Origin: Candidatus Levyibacteriota bacterium
GTDB taxonomy: Bacteria > Patescibacteriota > Microgenomatia > Levybacterales > UBA12049
DNA length: 63,855 nt
Reading direction: 5' to 3'
NCBI GenBank assembly: GCA_038205015.1
Contig: JBBRCK010000006.1
Location: forward strand, 1 to 63,855
Shown: in pieces, positions 36,178 through 45,737 of the stretch
Layout of the letters: the number at the start of each line of letters is the position of its first letter
Position numbering within the stretch: position 1 is the stretch's first letter
Notes under the pieces: model-generated
The model's database searches: none
The model's input: the letters and a program-made list of their open reading frames with translations, nothing else
What the model was told of the DNA's origin: nothing
Position numbers and translations under genes: made by a program

Positions 36178-38820
36178 TTACTTTTGCCCTAGTTTTATTG
36201 AATATTCCCTGTCTCTGGTAACTTGCTCTAAAAAGTTACTCTCATTTTCTCTTGTCTTTAAATCCTTAACCTTATCAATTATTTTTAAATTTTTAGGATA
36301 CATTAATGAGAATTCATATGGCAAAAAATCAATACCCGGTTGTTTAAACAATTTTAAGTCATATTTAATTTCCGGACTTAAAACACTTACTTTTTGAGGT
36401 AACTGATAATCAATACTAATTTTCCTTAACTCTTCCGGACCGACATTAATTAAAAAACCGTAAACAGTGTTTTTACCTTGATTATATTTTTCTACTTCAA
36501 GACCAACGGGAGGAGTAAAATTCTTTTTTTCATAAATGGTTGGATCCTCAATTGCAGTTACTATATTTTGTTTCTTATTATCTATATTAATTGAACTAAT
36601 ATTTGCACCAATCGGTAAAATTATTCTTAAATAGTTTTTATAATTAACTATTGTTAGGTTATTTCCCTTAGCCGAATTTTTAAAAGTGATTACTGCATTT
36701 TCTTTAACACTTCCGTCATTTCCGATAATTACTTTATGCGAAAGACTTCTGGTTACAAAATAATTAATCGTATTTTCTCCCAAATTTGCTTCATTTATTC
36801 CGAAGGTATCATTAATTAAATTTATGTCTACCGCCCTATTGTCGGTTATCGATGAAGAATAATTATTAAGAGAAAAGGCGGTTTGCATGTTAGCATCATT
36901 AAAGGAAAAAAGCATATGCTTCTCATCTATTGAATTTACTATTGCGCTTATTAATGGCAAAAGCTGTATGTCCTTACTTTTCGATATTTTAAAATTTAAG
37001 CTATTTAAGACTGCTCTTAGAAAATCTTTCTCTGTGTGCTTTTGAGTGACTTGAAACAAATTATCCGAGGTTATTGTTTCGTTATAAGCTGGAACATTTA
37101 CCGCACCCACAACCGAAAGCAAGGATTTAATAAATGACAGGTCAACTGCAATAATTCCATCGACATTTTTGTGAGCTTCAGAACTTAAAAATATCGCTGA
37201 AGCAACAGTGCCTTTAGAAAAATCAATGTTAAAATTACTATCTTTTAAAAACCAGTGAACAGACGGCAGATATCTTCTGATTGCAAATGGTGGCTCAACA
37301 TGGGTTTTAAGCTCTTTATCGGCCTCATAAACGTCATATATCTTAAAATTCTTAATACTTCCCTGATCAAGGTCTAAAATTGCATAAGAATCAATCAGTC
37401 CTCCACCTGGCCTTAGCTCTTGATTGTTTTGTAACAGGACCATATAGGTTTTTTTGTCGTTGAATCCAAATATATTTGGCCAGAAATCAATTGTTGATGA
37501 GTATATACTTAGAGAATCGGAAAATTTATTAACAATTGCCGAAGGCACAAGACCCTCCTGAATCAGTTTTTGAAAACTATAATAAGCCTTTTTGGATTCG
37601 GTAAAAATATAGGAAAAATCCGATTCAGGATTTTGAGACTTATTGCTGATAATACTAATAGTTTTTTCGTAAGACGTAGTTGATGAAATTATCAAATCAG
37701 AGATTTCTTTAGCCTGGTCAATTTTTTCGGAAAAACCTAATACATAATCTTCTTTTCCAATAAATGAAAACTCCTTAGCAACTAATGGAATTGTGTTTTG
37801 AGCATTCGAAAAAATATTTGAAGAAATAATTGCTTGCGACTTCAGTAGTGATAAATTTTGGGAGTAGATTTCATTTTTTATGGAAAACATGCAAATAAAC
37901 CCAACCAGAGATAAAATAAAGACAATAATTATCGGGGAAACAATAATATAAAATCCAAAGCTTAACAAAAATAAGAAATAGTTAAACATACTTGTTTTAT
38001 CTTCTTTCTTTTCTCTTTCAATGATTAAAGAAGGTTTAATAATTTCAAAATTAATTTTTTTAATTTTTTCCTCCAAATTATAATGTTCAGAAATTAGATG
38101 TCTTCCTTCTTTTAATAAAACGAGATTGGTTTGCTTAGATTTCTCTTTTATGTAATCTAAGGATATTTCGGGATTATTTTTTTTAAAAAGGCTCGCAATC
38201 TTTAAAAGACTTACGGGTTGTGAAGAGAACAAATAGAAGAGTTTATCTTTTTCAAAATCTCCAAAAACCATTTCCAGTATTGAATCAACTTCATCATCAA
38301 ATAGTACCGGAAAAATTTCCCTAGTACCGTCTCCCGGAATAGTAATAATGTTATTCTTTTTTATTTCGTTAATAAAATTATTTATTTCATTCTTAATGTT
38401 ATATATTTTATCCTTAGCAAAAATATCTCCCAGAATTGCAACTTTTGATTTATTGTAAGAATTTATAACTGTATTGACTATGTTTTTGTTTAATGAATTT
38501 CTGCCAAGTACTAAGACGAATTCACAATTGTCTTTTTCAGCTTTTTTTAAAAAGGGTTGAATTATCTTTTCCGAAACATCTAAAGACTCGTCTATTAAAA
38601 AGATGTGGGAATAAATGTTGTCCGGGATTGATGGAATTGTTTTTACAAACGGCACGTGAATAATGTTTTCCAACAAGCTGTCATAGCTTTTGCTGACTAA
38701 AACTACCAAAGATTCATTTCTTAATTTTTCTGCTAGCACTTCCCCGATGTCCCCCTTTTTATCAACTATTAAAATAGGGTTATTATTTCTTTCCGAGGTA
38801 ATAATGGCAGTATTGTGCAT
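36178..38820 (-). CDS. DUF4012 membrane protein with an N-terminal degenerate epimerase-like domain
   Basis: MVLLQNNQELRPGGGLIDSY, WFLKDSN, DGIIAVD, NYKNYLRIILP, LFKQPG; N-terminal IPGDGTREIFPV. Confidence 0.75.
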   Translation of the reverse strand: MHNTAIITSERNNNPILIVDKKGDIGEVLAEKLRNESLVVLVSKSYDSLLENIIHVPFVKTIPSIPDNIYSHIFLIDESLDVSEKIIQPFLKKAEKDNCEFVLVLGRNSLNKNIVNTVINSYNKSKVAILGDIFAKDKIYNIKNEINNFINEIKKNNIITIPGDGTREIFPVLFDDEVDSILEMVFGDFEKDKLFYLFSSQPVSLLKIASLFKKNNPEISLDYIKEKSKQTNLVLLKEGRHLISEHYNLEEKIKKINFEIIKPSLIIEREKKEDKTSMFNYFLFLLSFGFYIIVSPIIIVFILSLVGFICMFSIKNEIYSQNLSLLKSQAIISSNIFSNAQNTIPLVAKEFSFIGKEDYVLGFSEKIDQAKEISDLIISSTTSYEKTISIISNKSQNPESDFSYIFTESKKAYYSFQKLIQEGLVPSAIVNKFSDSLSIYSSTIDFWPNIFGFNDKKTYMVLLQNNQELRPGGGLIDSYAILDLDQGSIKNFKIYDVYEADKELKTHVEPPFAIRRYLPSVHWFLKDSNFNIDFSKGTVASAIFLSSEAHKNVDGIIAVDLSFIKSLLSVVGAVNVPAYNETITSDNLFQVTQKHTEKDFLRAVLNSLNFKISKSKDIQLLPLISAIVNSIDEKHMLFSFNDANMQTAFSLNNYSSSITDNRAVDINLINDTFGINEANLGENTINYFVTRSLSHKVIIGNDGSVKENAVITFKNSAKGNNLTIVNYKNYLRIILPIGANISSINIDNKKQNIVTAIEDPTIYEKKNFTPPVGLEVEKYNQGKNTVYGFLINVGPEELRKISIDYQLPQKVSVLSPEIKYDLKLFKQPGIDFLPYEFSLMYPKNLKIIDKVKDLKTRENESNFLEQVTRDREYSIKLGQK

Positions 38821-38840
38821 AAATAATAATTTTAAATATT

Positions 38841-39260
38841 CTATATCTTATTGTCCAGGGCTTGATTTACCATAAAATCAGCCAGCTTGTTTTGCTCCCT
38901 TGGAATATGATTGTAGTAAATCGGTAAACCTATCTCCTGTTCCAATTTTTTAATCTGAAACAATATTTCTCTTAATTTGGCATTTTTTATTTTCCAAAGT
39001 CCAACAATTTGCGAGTATGCTAACAGAGAATCCATATAGAAGGTAATTTCTGAGATGCTATTATGTTCTTTATTTGCTAAAACCCAGGTAAGACCTTCGG
39101 CAATTGCAGAATATTCTGCAACATTATTAGTAGTTTCCCCAAGCCTTTTCCCAATTTTTGCCAATACCCTTCCCTCACTATCTTGAATATATACCCCCAA
39201 TGCGGCAGGGCCCGGATTTCCCCGTGCGCCCCCATCTGTAAAAATCTTTATCTTATTCAT
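38841..39260 (-). CDS. rnhA: Ribonuclease HI family protein
   Basis: FTDGGARGNPGPA, TNNVAEY, MDS, HIPREQNKLAD. Confidence 0.9.
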   Translation of the reverse strand: MNKIKIFTDGGARGNPGPAALGVYIQDSEGRVLAKIGKRLGETTNNVAEYSAIAEGLTWVLANKEHNSISEITFYMDSLLAYSQIVGLWKIKNAKLREILFQIKKLEQEIGLPIYYNHIPREQNKLADFMVNQALDNKI

Positions 39261-40497
39261 AGTTTTTATTACCTATTCTAATATAATTCAAAACTATTAA
39301 AAGTTTTATGGACAAAATTAAAAAAACTCCCCCTTCACAAACTAGTGTTATCCAAGCCGATGCCAGATAAGAATATGTTGGTATAAATATTATGTTAAGA
39401 AAAATATTGATAATCAATGAGAAGAAATATGTATACATTAAAAACTTCTGTTTTTCTTTGGTAATTAAAGCCCACTGAATTAAACTGGTAACAAAGAAGA
39501 ACGGAAGAGACATTAAAAGAATTCTAAACGGAATAGAAGCTTTTGAAAAATCACTTTTAATAAAAGTGAAAAGGGGAGTGGAAAACCAAAATACTAAAAT
39601 CAAAACTAAAGACATGCTAAAGAAAATTAACAAATATCTGTTAATTAATTTTTTAAAAATAGCTTGATCATTCTTGTATTTTATTAAAAATGGATAAACG
39701 GCGTTAGAAAGAAATAGGGGAATAGCAATTAAAAAATCAAAGAATTTGTAAGACAATCCATATATGCCAACGCTTTTTGTCGTGGACATTAACGACAAAA
39801 GAATAATGTCTGCTCTAAAATAGATTAAGTTAAAAAGAAGCATCAACCCAATTGGTAATGCTAAAACAAAAATATCTCTGGCGTATTTTTTGTCAAAAGA
39901 AAAGGGCAAAAGTTTTTCCTTGGTATCCATTATATGAAGAGCACCAGTTAAAAACCCTGTTAAAACAAATGCGAACAGAACATATAAAATTGAAAATTTT
40001 AAGAATGCTAATCCAAAAACAAGTATTAAATTTACAACAGAACCTATTATTATTCCTTTGGCATAAAACTTGAAATTAACATTTTTTTGAAAAATTGCAA
40101 TAGAGCTTAATATTAAGCTTTGAGAAAAAACACTCAGTGAAAATATTAAGATACCAAGCTTAGTATTAAATGAGAACCCTGATAAAGAATTGACATCATA
40201 TGGCAAGATAAAAGCAACTAAATTAATTATTATGAATAATAACGATGAAATAAATATTCGAAGATAAAAAAATGTTTTAAAATCTTGTTTTTCTAGATTT
40301 AAAAAAATTGCGTTTAATCCAAAATCAATTAACAAATAAAAAAGAGTTACGTAGGAGGTGATTTTAATATACTCTCCAAAACCTAATACTCCAAAAAATC
40401 TGGCGATGATAATTGCTATTAAAAATCCTGTAAACGATGAGACGAGTCGGGAGGCAAATTGATAAAGAGTGTTCTTGGCCACTAGTGAGTAATGCAT
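39253..40497 (-). CDS. Wzx-like polysaccharide/oligosaccharide flippase
   Basis: VAKNT, FGVLGFGEY, DFGL, YFRADIILL, VGIYGLSYK; 12 TMs. Confidence 0.85.
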   Translation of the reverse strand: MHYSLVAKNTLYQFASRLVSSFTGFLIAIIIARFFGVLGFGEYIKITSYVTLFYLLIDFGLNAIFLNLEKQDFKTFFYLRIFISSLLFIIINLVAFILPYDVNSLSGFSFNTKLGILIFSLSVFSQSLILSSIAIFQKNVNFKFYAKGIIIGSVVNLILVFGLAFLKFSILYVLFAFVLTGFLTGALHIMDTKEKLLPFSFDKKYARDIFVLALPIGLMLLFNLIYFRADIILLSLMSTTKSVGIYGLSYKFFDFLIAIPLFLSNAVYPFLIKYKNDQAIFKKLINRYLLIFFSMSLVLILVFWFSTPLFTFIKSDFSKASIPFRILLMSLPFFFVTSLIQWALITKEKQKFLMYTYFFSLIINIFLNIIFIPTYSYLASAWITLVCEGGVFLILSIKLLIVLNYIRIGNKNYE

Positions 40498-40578
40498 AAA
40501 CTTATTTTAACAGAAATAATTATCTAAATACTAAAAAGTTTGTTTGAAATAAAAAATAAACGGGGATTATAGGGGAAT

Positions 40579-41028
40579 TTATTTTTGTCTAATAACCAGG
40601 ACTCTATCTTTGCCTTCTCCACTTGACTCGGAAACAACTTCTTCATCATTTTGTAAAAGCATGTGCACAATCCGTCTTTCCCATGATTTTAAGTCCGAGA
40701 TATAAACTTCTTTTCCAGAAGCTATTGCTCTCTCTTTAAAATCTAGAGCCAGTTTTTCTAAATACTCTGTTCTGTTTTTCTTATAATCTCCAACCTCTAA
40801 AGATACTCTTTTAAACTCTCCCAGTTCTTTTGCGAGTACTAATGATAAAACTAACTGAAGTGCTTCAAGGGTTTCACCATGATAACCAATAATCATCCCC
40901 GTATCATCTGTTTCCAGTGATACCGAGATTGCTTCTTCGTCTTCGGCAATAGTAAACTCAGCTTTTATGCCAAGCAAGTCGAAAAGTTTTTTGATTGTTT
41001 TTTCTACTGTTTTATTTTTTGTTGCCAT
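40579..41028 (-). CDS. jag: Jag/KhpB RNA-binding protein (KH + R3H, no Jag-N domain)
   Basis: GMIIGYHGETLEALQ, VGDYK, SWERRIVH, SGEGKDRVLVI. Confidence 0.9.
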   Translation of the reverse strand: MATKNKTVEKTIKKLFDLLGIKAEFTIAEDEEAISVSLETDDTGMIIGYHGETLEALQLVLSLVLAKELGEFKRVSLEVGDYKKNRTEYLEKLALDFKERAIASGKEVYISDLKSWERRIVHMLLQNDEEVVSESSGEGKDRVLVIRQK

Positions 41029-41830
41029 TTAATTTATCCGTCCATTGTTTCAAACTACCCAGTCCTGAGATTTGATACTGTTGTATGATACCAAAAATTG
41101 TGAAAGTGTTCCAGTATAAAGAAAGTCCGATTGGAAAACTGTATGAGAAAAAGCCAATCATAATTGGAAAAATATAAAGAGACTGAGATTGAAAAGCGGT
41201 TGCAAAATCATCTTTCTTTTTTTCATTACCTTTTTCTACCAGCTCTTTGCCTGTTTTTGCTGAAATCAGCATTTTAGATTGTAAAAACTGGAAAGCGCCG
41301 GTTAAAAATGGCACCAAAAGAATTAATGGCCCTAAGGTATTAATTAATTGTGAAGGGTTTTGCGCCAGAGGAATACCAAAAAAACTTGCATCCCAAGCTT
41401 TGGTAAGTTTTAAAAAATCAACGTATGCAATCTTATTAACAACATCAAGATTTGTCCCAACATGAATAATCTTATTTAGGACTGAGTATAGTCCCCAAAT
41501 AACCGGGAGCTGTACTAAAACAGGCAAGCAGCCAGCCAGAGGATTTACGCCAAACTCTTTATAAAGCTTCATCGTTTCCGATTGCAACATTTTGGCATCA
41601 TTTTTATGTTTTTCTTTAAGTTTTGATAAATGTGGGTTTAAATCCATCATCTTTTTTGAAGCTTTTATTTGCGATGAGGTAAGAGGATACAAAATTAATC
41701 TGATTAATATTGTTAAAACAATAATTGAAAAGCCAAGCGCAAACGGCAAGTGAATAAACAAAAGCGCATGATAAATAAGAAGAAGTACATTAACTATTGG
41801 GTCAACGATAATTGCATCGAAAATATTCAT
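41012..41830 (-). CDS. yidC: Membrane protein insertase YidC
   Basis: SIIVLTILIRLILYPL, LYKEFGVNPLAGCLP, GLSLYW. Confidence 0.95.
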   Translation of the reverse strand: MNIFDAIIVDPIVNVLLLIYHALLFIHLPFALGFSIIVLTILIRLILYPLTSSQIKASKKMMDLNPHLSKLKEKHKNDAKMLQSETMKLYKEFGVNPLAGCLPVLVQLPVIWGLYSVLNKIIHVGTNLDVVNKIAYVDFLKLTKAWDASFFGIPLAQNPSQLINTLGPLILLVPFLTGAFQFLQSKMLISAKTGKELVEKGNEKKKDDFATAFQSQSLYIFPIMIGFFSYSFPIGLSLYWNTFTIFGIIQQYQISGLGSLKQWTDKLNGNKK

Positions 41831-41832
41831 AA

Positions 41833-42045
41833 TTAGTTTCCTTTATAAAAAGGCTGACATTTTAAAAGCCTGGCCGTTGCCATTTTCCCGCCGGTAAATA
41901 AACCATGCTGACTGATTGACTGTTTTGCATAGGTTGAGCAGGAAGTTTGGAAACGGCACGATTGACTGATCCCAAAAAGATTTCTTAAAACAGTGTGTAT
42001 AAATACTTGATAAAAACTGATTGCTGCTAGGGCTATTTTTTTCAT
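41833..42045 (-). CDS. yidD: Membrane protein insertion efficiency factor YidD
   Basis: CRFQTSCSTYA, HG...G, RLLKCQPF; conserved position between rnpA and yidC. Confidence 0.9.
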   Translation of the reverse strand: MKKIALAAISFYQVFIHTVLRNLFGISQSCRFQTSCSTYAKQSISQHGLFTGGKMATARLLKCQPFYKGN

Positions 42046-42046
42046 G

Positions 42047-42355
42047 TTATTTTAATGCTTCCTGAAGACTTTTCTTAACTTCTTCCAGCTGTTTAAAGGT
42101 CAATAATTTTTTTGCGTAAACAATCACGTTTTTCCCTTCACCCAAGCTTTTTAAAAGTTCTCTGGCGCTTTGGGCCAACACTCTTTTGGTTTTGTTTCTT
42201 AAAACTGCTTTCTTACTTACTTTTTTTGAAACAACAAAACCAAACCTTGAAACTTTTTCTCCGCTTTTGGAGATTTTTATGTTGAAAAGGGGAGTTTCAA
42301 TAACTTTACCTTTTGTGCCGGCAACTTTTTTAAGACGGTTTTCTTTTTTAAGCAT
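42047..42355 (-). CDS. rnpA: RNase P protein component
   Basis: RFGFVVSKKVSKKAVLRNKTKR (RNR motif variant). Confidence 0.92.
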   Translation of the reverse strand: MLKKENRLKKVAGTKGKVIETPLFNIKISKSGEKVSRFGFVVSKKVSKKAVLRNKTKRVLAQSARELLKSLGEGKNVIVYAKKLLTFKQLEEVKKSLQEALK

Positions 42356-42356
42356 G

Positions 42357-42491
42357 TTAAACGGTTAAGCTCTTTCTGGTTCGATTTCTTCTTCTGGCTA
42401 ATACTTTTTGTCCACCATGAGATGCGGATCTTTTTAAAAAGCCGTGCTTTCTGGCTCTTTTTCCTTTTTTCATTTTTCTTAATTTTTCCAT
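42357..42491 (-). CDS. rpmH: 50S ribosomal protein L34 (missed by the ORF track)
   Basis: MEKLRKMKKGKRARKHGFLKRSASHGGQKVLARRRNRTRKSLTV*; canonical position. Confidence 0.93.
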   Translation of the reverse strand: MEKLRKMKKGKRARKHGFLKRSASHGGQKVLARRRNRTRKSLTV

Positions 42492-42556
42492 ACGAGTTAG
42501 TATAACAAAACTAAAGCGTTTTTGGAATAGATACAGTTTTATCTATTTTTGTTATC

Positions 42557-42586
42557 TTGACAAAAAGTTATCCACATTATTAAACT
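42557..42586 (+). promoter_or_regulatory. dnaA promoter with a perfect DnaA box between -35 and -10
   Basis: TTGACA 42557-42562, TTATCCACA 42568-42576, TAAACT 42581-42586. Confidence 0.8.
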
Positions 42587-42597
42587 GCAATACACTT

Positions 42598-43950
42598 ATG
42601 GAAGAGACAAAAGACCTTTGGAAAAACATATTAGCCGAAGTAGAACTAGAGGTATCTAGAGCTAACTACTTAACTCTATTTAAAAGAACGCAGCTTGTTT
42701 CTATAGAAGAAGACGTCCTAACGGTTGCCGCATCTTCCTCGATGATTATTGATCTTTTGCAAAGAAGGTTTTATGAAATCATTAAAAAATCTGCTGACAA
42801 ACTCTTGGGAAAAAGCGTAAGAATTGTATTTATCCCTAAAACTATTGTGGATAGTTTCGAAAAGCAGGATGAAAAAGCCGGCCCGCTTTTTGAATCGGAA
42901 AACAAACCAACGCCCCAACACCTACAAAGAGTAAGACCGGACTACACTTTTGAAAACATGGCGGTTTCTTCCAGTAATCAACTGGCCTTTGTTAGCGCCT
43001 CAACCGTTGCCAGCAAACCAGGAGTTGCATACAATCCTTTGTTTATTTATGGCCCAACCGGCGTTGGAAAGACTCATTTAATGCAGGCAATTGCCAATGA
43101 GGTTTTTGCTAAAAGCCCGGATAAAAAAATTCTCTATACCACCAGCGAAGAGTTTACCAACGAAGTCGTTGAGGCGATTAGAACTAATAACACCTCTTCG
43201 ATGAAGAAGAAGTTTAGAAATATCGATTTACTTATTATTGACGACATTCAGTTTATTGCCGGAAAAGAAAGAGTACAAGAAGAACTTTTTCACACTTTCA
43301 ACATCCTTGTTGACAACGCGTGCCAGATTGTCTTGTCATCTGATAGGCCACCGGCTGAAATAAAGCAAGTTGAAAAAAGGCTGCTTTCCCGTTTTTCAGG
43401 AGGATTAACTGTTGACGTTCAATCGCCCGACTTTGAACTCAGAACGGCAATTCTTTTAATTAAATCCAAAAAATATGGCATTGGCTTAACAATAGATGTT
43501 GCAAAACTAATTGCTCAAAAAGAACAAGATGCCAGGGGACTGGAAGGATTACTTTTGCGAATTATTACCCAGGCCCAAGGAAAAGGTGGGGAAATAACTG
43601 AAGAATTAGTATCTTCTGTTTTATCTTTAAATAAAGAGGAAAAGTTAAACAGCTTTCATCCGGACGAGTTAATAAAAAATGTCTGCAACTATTATAGCGT
43701 TAAAGAAACACAGCTTAAAAGTCCAAAGAGAGACGCTTTTTTGGTAAGACCAAGGCAAGTGGCAATGTTTCTTCTTAAAAAAGAGCTTAATTTAACCTTT
43801 GTAGAAATTGGCAACTTATTAGGAGGAAGGGACCATACAACAATTATGCATGGAGTGGAAAAGGTTGATAACATGTTGAAAAACTCTTTAATTTCGGAGG
43901 ATATCTTGGGGATTCCAAAACTTAATGTTGATAAAAATGTTAATAACTAA
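42598..43950 (+). CDS. dnaA: Chromosomal replication initiator DnaA
   Basis: YNPLFIYGPTGVGKTHL, IDDIQF, QEELFHTFN, RLLSRF, GGRDHTTIMH. Confidence 0.98.
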   Translation: MEETKDLWKNILAEVELEVSRANYLTLFKRTQLVSIEEDVLTVAASSSMIIDLLQRRFYEIIKKSADKLLGKSVRIVFIPKTIVDSFEKQDEKAGPLFESENKPTPQHLQRVRPDYTFENMAVSSSNQLAFVSASTVASKPGVAYNPLFIYGPTGVGKTHLMQAIANEVFAKSPDKKILYTTSEEFTNEVVEAIRTNNTSSMKKKFRNIDLLIIDDIQFIAGKERVQEELFHTFNILVDNACQIVLSSDRPPAEIKQVEKRLLSRFSGGLTVDVQSPDFELRTAILLIKSKKYGIGLTIDVAKLIAQKEQDARGLEGLLLRIITQAQGKGGEITEELVSSVLSLNKEEKLNSFHPDELIKNVCNYYSVKETQLKSPKRDAFLVRPRQVAMFLLKKELNLTFVEIGNLLGGRDHTTIMHGVEKVDNMLKNSLISEDILGIPKLNVDKNVNN

Positions 43951-44074
43951 CAAATTATGGTTATAAACAATTTTTCCACTTTTTTATCAACAACTTATCC
44001 ACTTTTATTTAGCCTTGCTCTGTTGCTTTTTTCCACTTTTCCATATAAACTACTACAACTACAAATAGATTAAC
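43926..44074. other. Probable oriC: DnaA-box cluster, DnaA-trios and AT-rich unwinding region
   Basis: TGTTGATAA 43926, TGTTAATAA 43938, TTATAAACA 43961, TTTTCCACT 43972, TTATCAACA 43984, TTATCCACT 43995, TTTTCCACT 44029; CTA-CTA-CAA-CTA-CAA-ATA 44050-44067. Confidence 0.8.
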
Positions 44075-45181
44075 ATGAAAGTTTCTTTTCTTTCCAATAA
44101 CCTTTCAGACAAAATTTCTTTTTTAAACCACGCTGTGTCAAGTAGGGGACAGCTTCCCATCCTGTCTAATTTCTTATTAGAAGCAAAGAAAGGAAAGCTT
44201 AGTATAAGCGCAACGGATTTAGAAATTGGAATAACCACCAGTATTGCCGTAAATGTTGAGAAAGAAGGAAGGACAACGGTTCCTGCTAAAAACTTTTCAG
44301 ATTTATTACTTAACTTAGGAAATCAAAAAGTGACAATATCACAAGATGGAGAAACACTTAAGTTGGTTGGAGAAAAGACAAAAGCCTCTTTTCAAACAAT
44401 GTCTTCTGATGAATTTCCAAAACTATATGAAGAAAAAGGAGAAGAGTTCATAGAAATAAAAAAGAAAGACATAGAAAAGTTTTTACTAAGAGTGGTTTTC
44501 TCATCAGCAATTGATTCTTCCAGACCGGCTCTTTCCGGAATACTTTTAGACAAAGAAAAAAACGAAGCTGTAATGGTTGCAACAGATGGATACAGGCTTT
44601 CTCTTCAGAAAAACGTTTTCAAGACAACAGAGAAGCTTGAGAAGCCCATTGTAATCCCCGCCAGAATTTTTAAAGAACTGTTGTCAATTAAAGAAGACGA
44701 AGAAAATATAAAAGTGTTTGTCTCTGAAAAAAATAACCAGATTTTGTTTAGCCAAGGAGAAACTGTTTTAGTTGGTAGATTAATAGATTCTGAATACCCG
44801 GAATATGCAAAGATAATACCGGAGAGCTTTGCAATAAAAACAGAGTTTAACAGAGAAGAACTTTTAAGCGCAATTAAAATCTGTTCAATTTTTGCCAGAG
44901 AAACAGCAAATATAGTTAAGCTTTACATTGAAAAGAACAAAATTATTGTTTCAGCGAATTCGCCATCAGTTGGGGAAGATTCGGTAGAAGTTGAGGCAAA
45001 AACAACCGGAGGAGAAAACGAGATTGCTTTTAATGCAAAGTACCTTTTAGATATATTGTCATTTTTAAATAAGGACGAAATAGTTTTTGAAATGAACGGC
45101 CCTTTAAATCCCGGAGTGTTTAAAATTAAAGAGGACAACTCATTTCTCCACTTAATAATGCCAATTAGGGTGCAGGAATAG
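44075..45181 (+). CDS. dnaN: DNA polymerase III beta sliding clamp
   Basis: PILSNFLL, ATDLE, VATDGYRL, GRLIDSEYPEY, IAFNAKYLLD, HLIMP. Confidence 0.97.
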   Translation: MKVSFLSNNLSDKISFLNHAVSSRGQLPILSNFLLEAKKGKLSISATDLEIGITTSIAVNVEKEGRTTVPAKNFSDLLLNLGNQKVTISQDGETLKLVGEKTKASFQTMSSDEFPKLYEEKGEEFIEIKKKDIEKFLLRVVFSSAIDSSRPALSGILLDKEKNEAVMVATDGYRLSLQKNVFKTTEKLEKPIVIPARIFKELLSIKEDEENIKVFVSEKNNQILFSQGETVLVGRLIDSEYPEYAKIIPESFAIKTEFNREELLSAIKICSIFARETANIVKLYIEKNKIIVSANSPSVGEDSVEVEAKTTGGENEIAFNAKYLLDILSFLNKDEIVFEMNGPLNPGVFKIKEDNSFLHLIMPIRVQE

Positions 45182-45737
45182 CTTGCAACGGTTCTTGAAA
45201 AACATCTGAAGGTTTTTTCGTTACTATTCCAGCAAAAGGAGCAACATTTTTTAGAAATGTATCTTTTTCTTGAGGCGCAAACCTTATAAACGAATAAGCA
45301 AAGCTTCCTTGTGTTTGTATGGCAACACCCTTTTTATAAAACACTAACCAAGTGTTTTCTGGGATATTTTCATCAAAAAGAGAATCATAATTTTTTCCCA
45401 AAACCTTAACCTCTTTTTCTACTAACGTGTTGTCGGGAAGAGATTCTTGTGTGGCAACAACAACACCGTTTTTTGACCACACATTATCATATTGGAATAA
45501 AACAGGACTGTTGTAGGAGATCTTTTTTCCTAAAGTTGAATTATCGGTTGCTGCAGGCTTACCATAGGAATCGATTACCTTTGATTCTTTTGTTATCCCA
45601 GGATTAATGCTATTAAACCTGGAAACAATATTACCGTTATTTGTTAATGAATTAAAAATTATAAAGATAAAAACAACTCCCACCAAGACGCAGGCTGTTA
45701 ATAATAAAAATGTTGTTTTATTTTTAATGAAACTCAT
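45165..45737 (-). CDS. Single-TM extracellular protein (possible immunity/inhibitor)
   Basis: N-terminal TM; INPGITKESKVIDSYGKP resembles BLIP/SmpA-type repeats; overlaps the peptidase gene end by 14 nt. Confidence 0.5.
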   Translation of the reverse strand: MSFIKNKTTFLLLTACVLVGVVFIFIIFNSLTNNGNIVSRFNSINPGITKESKVIDSYGKPAATDNSTLGKKISYNSPVLFQYDNVWSKNGVVVATQESLPDNTLVEKEVKVLGKNYDSLFDENIPENTWLVFYKKGVAIQTQGSFAYSFIRFAPQEKDTFLKNVAPFAGIVTKKPSDVFQEPLQAIPAP

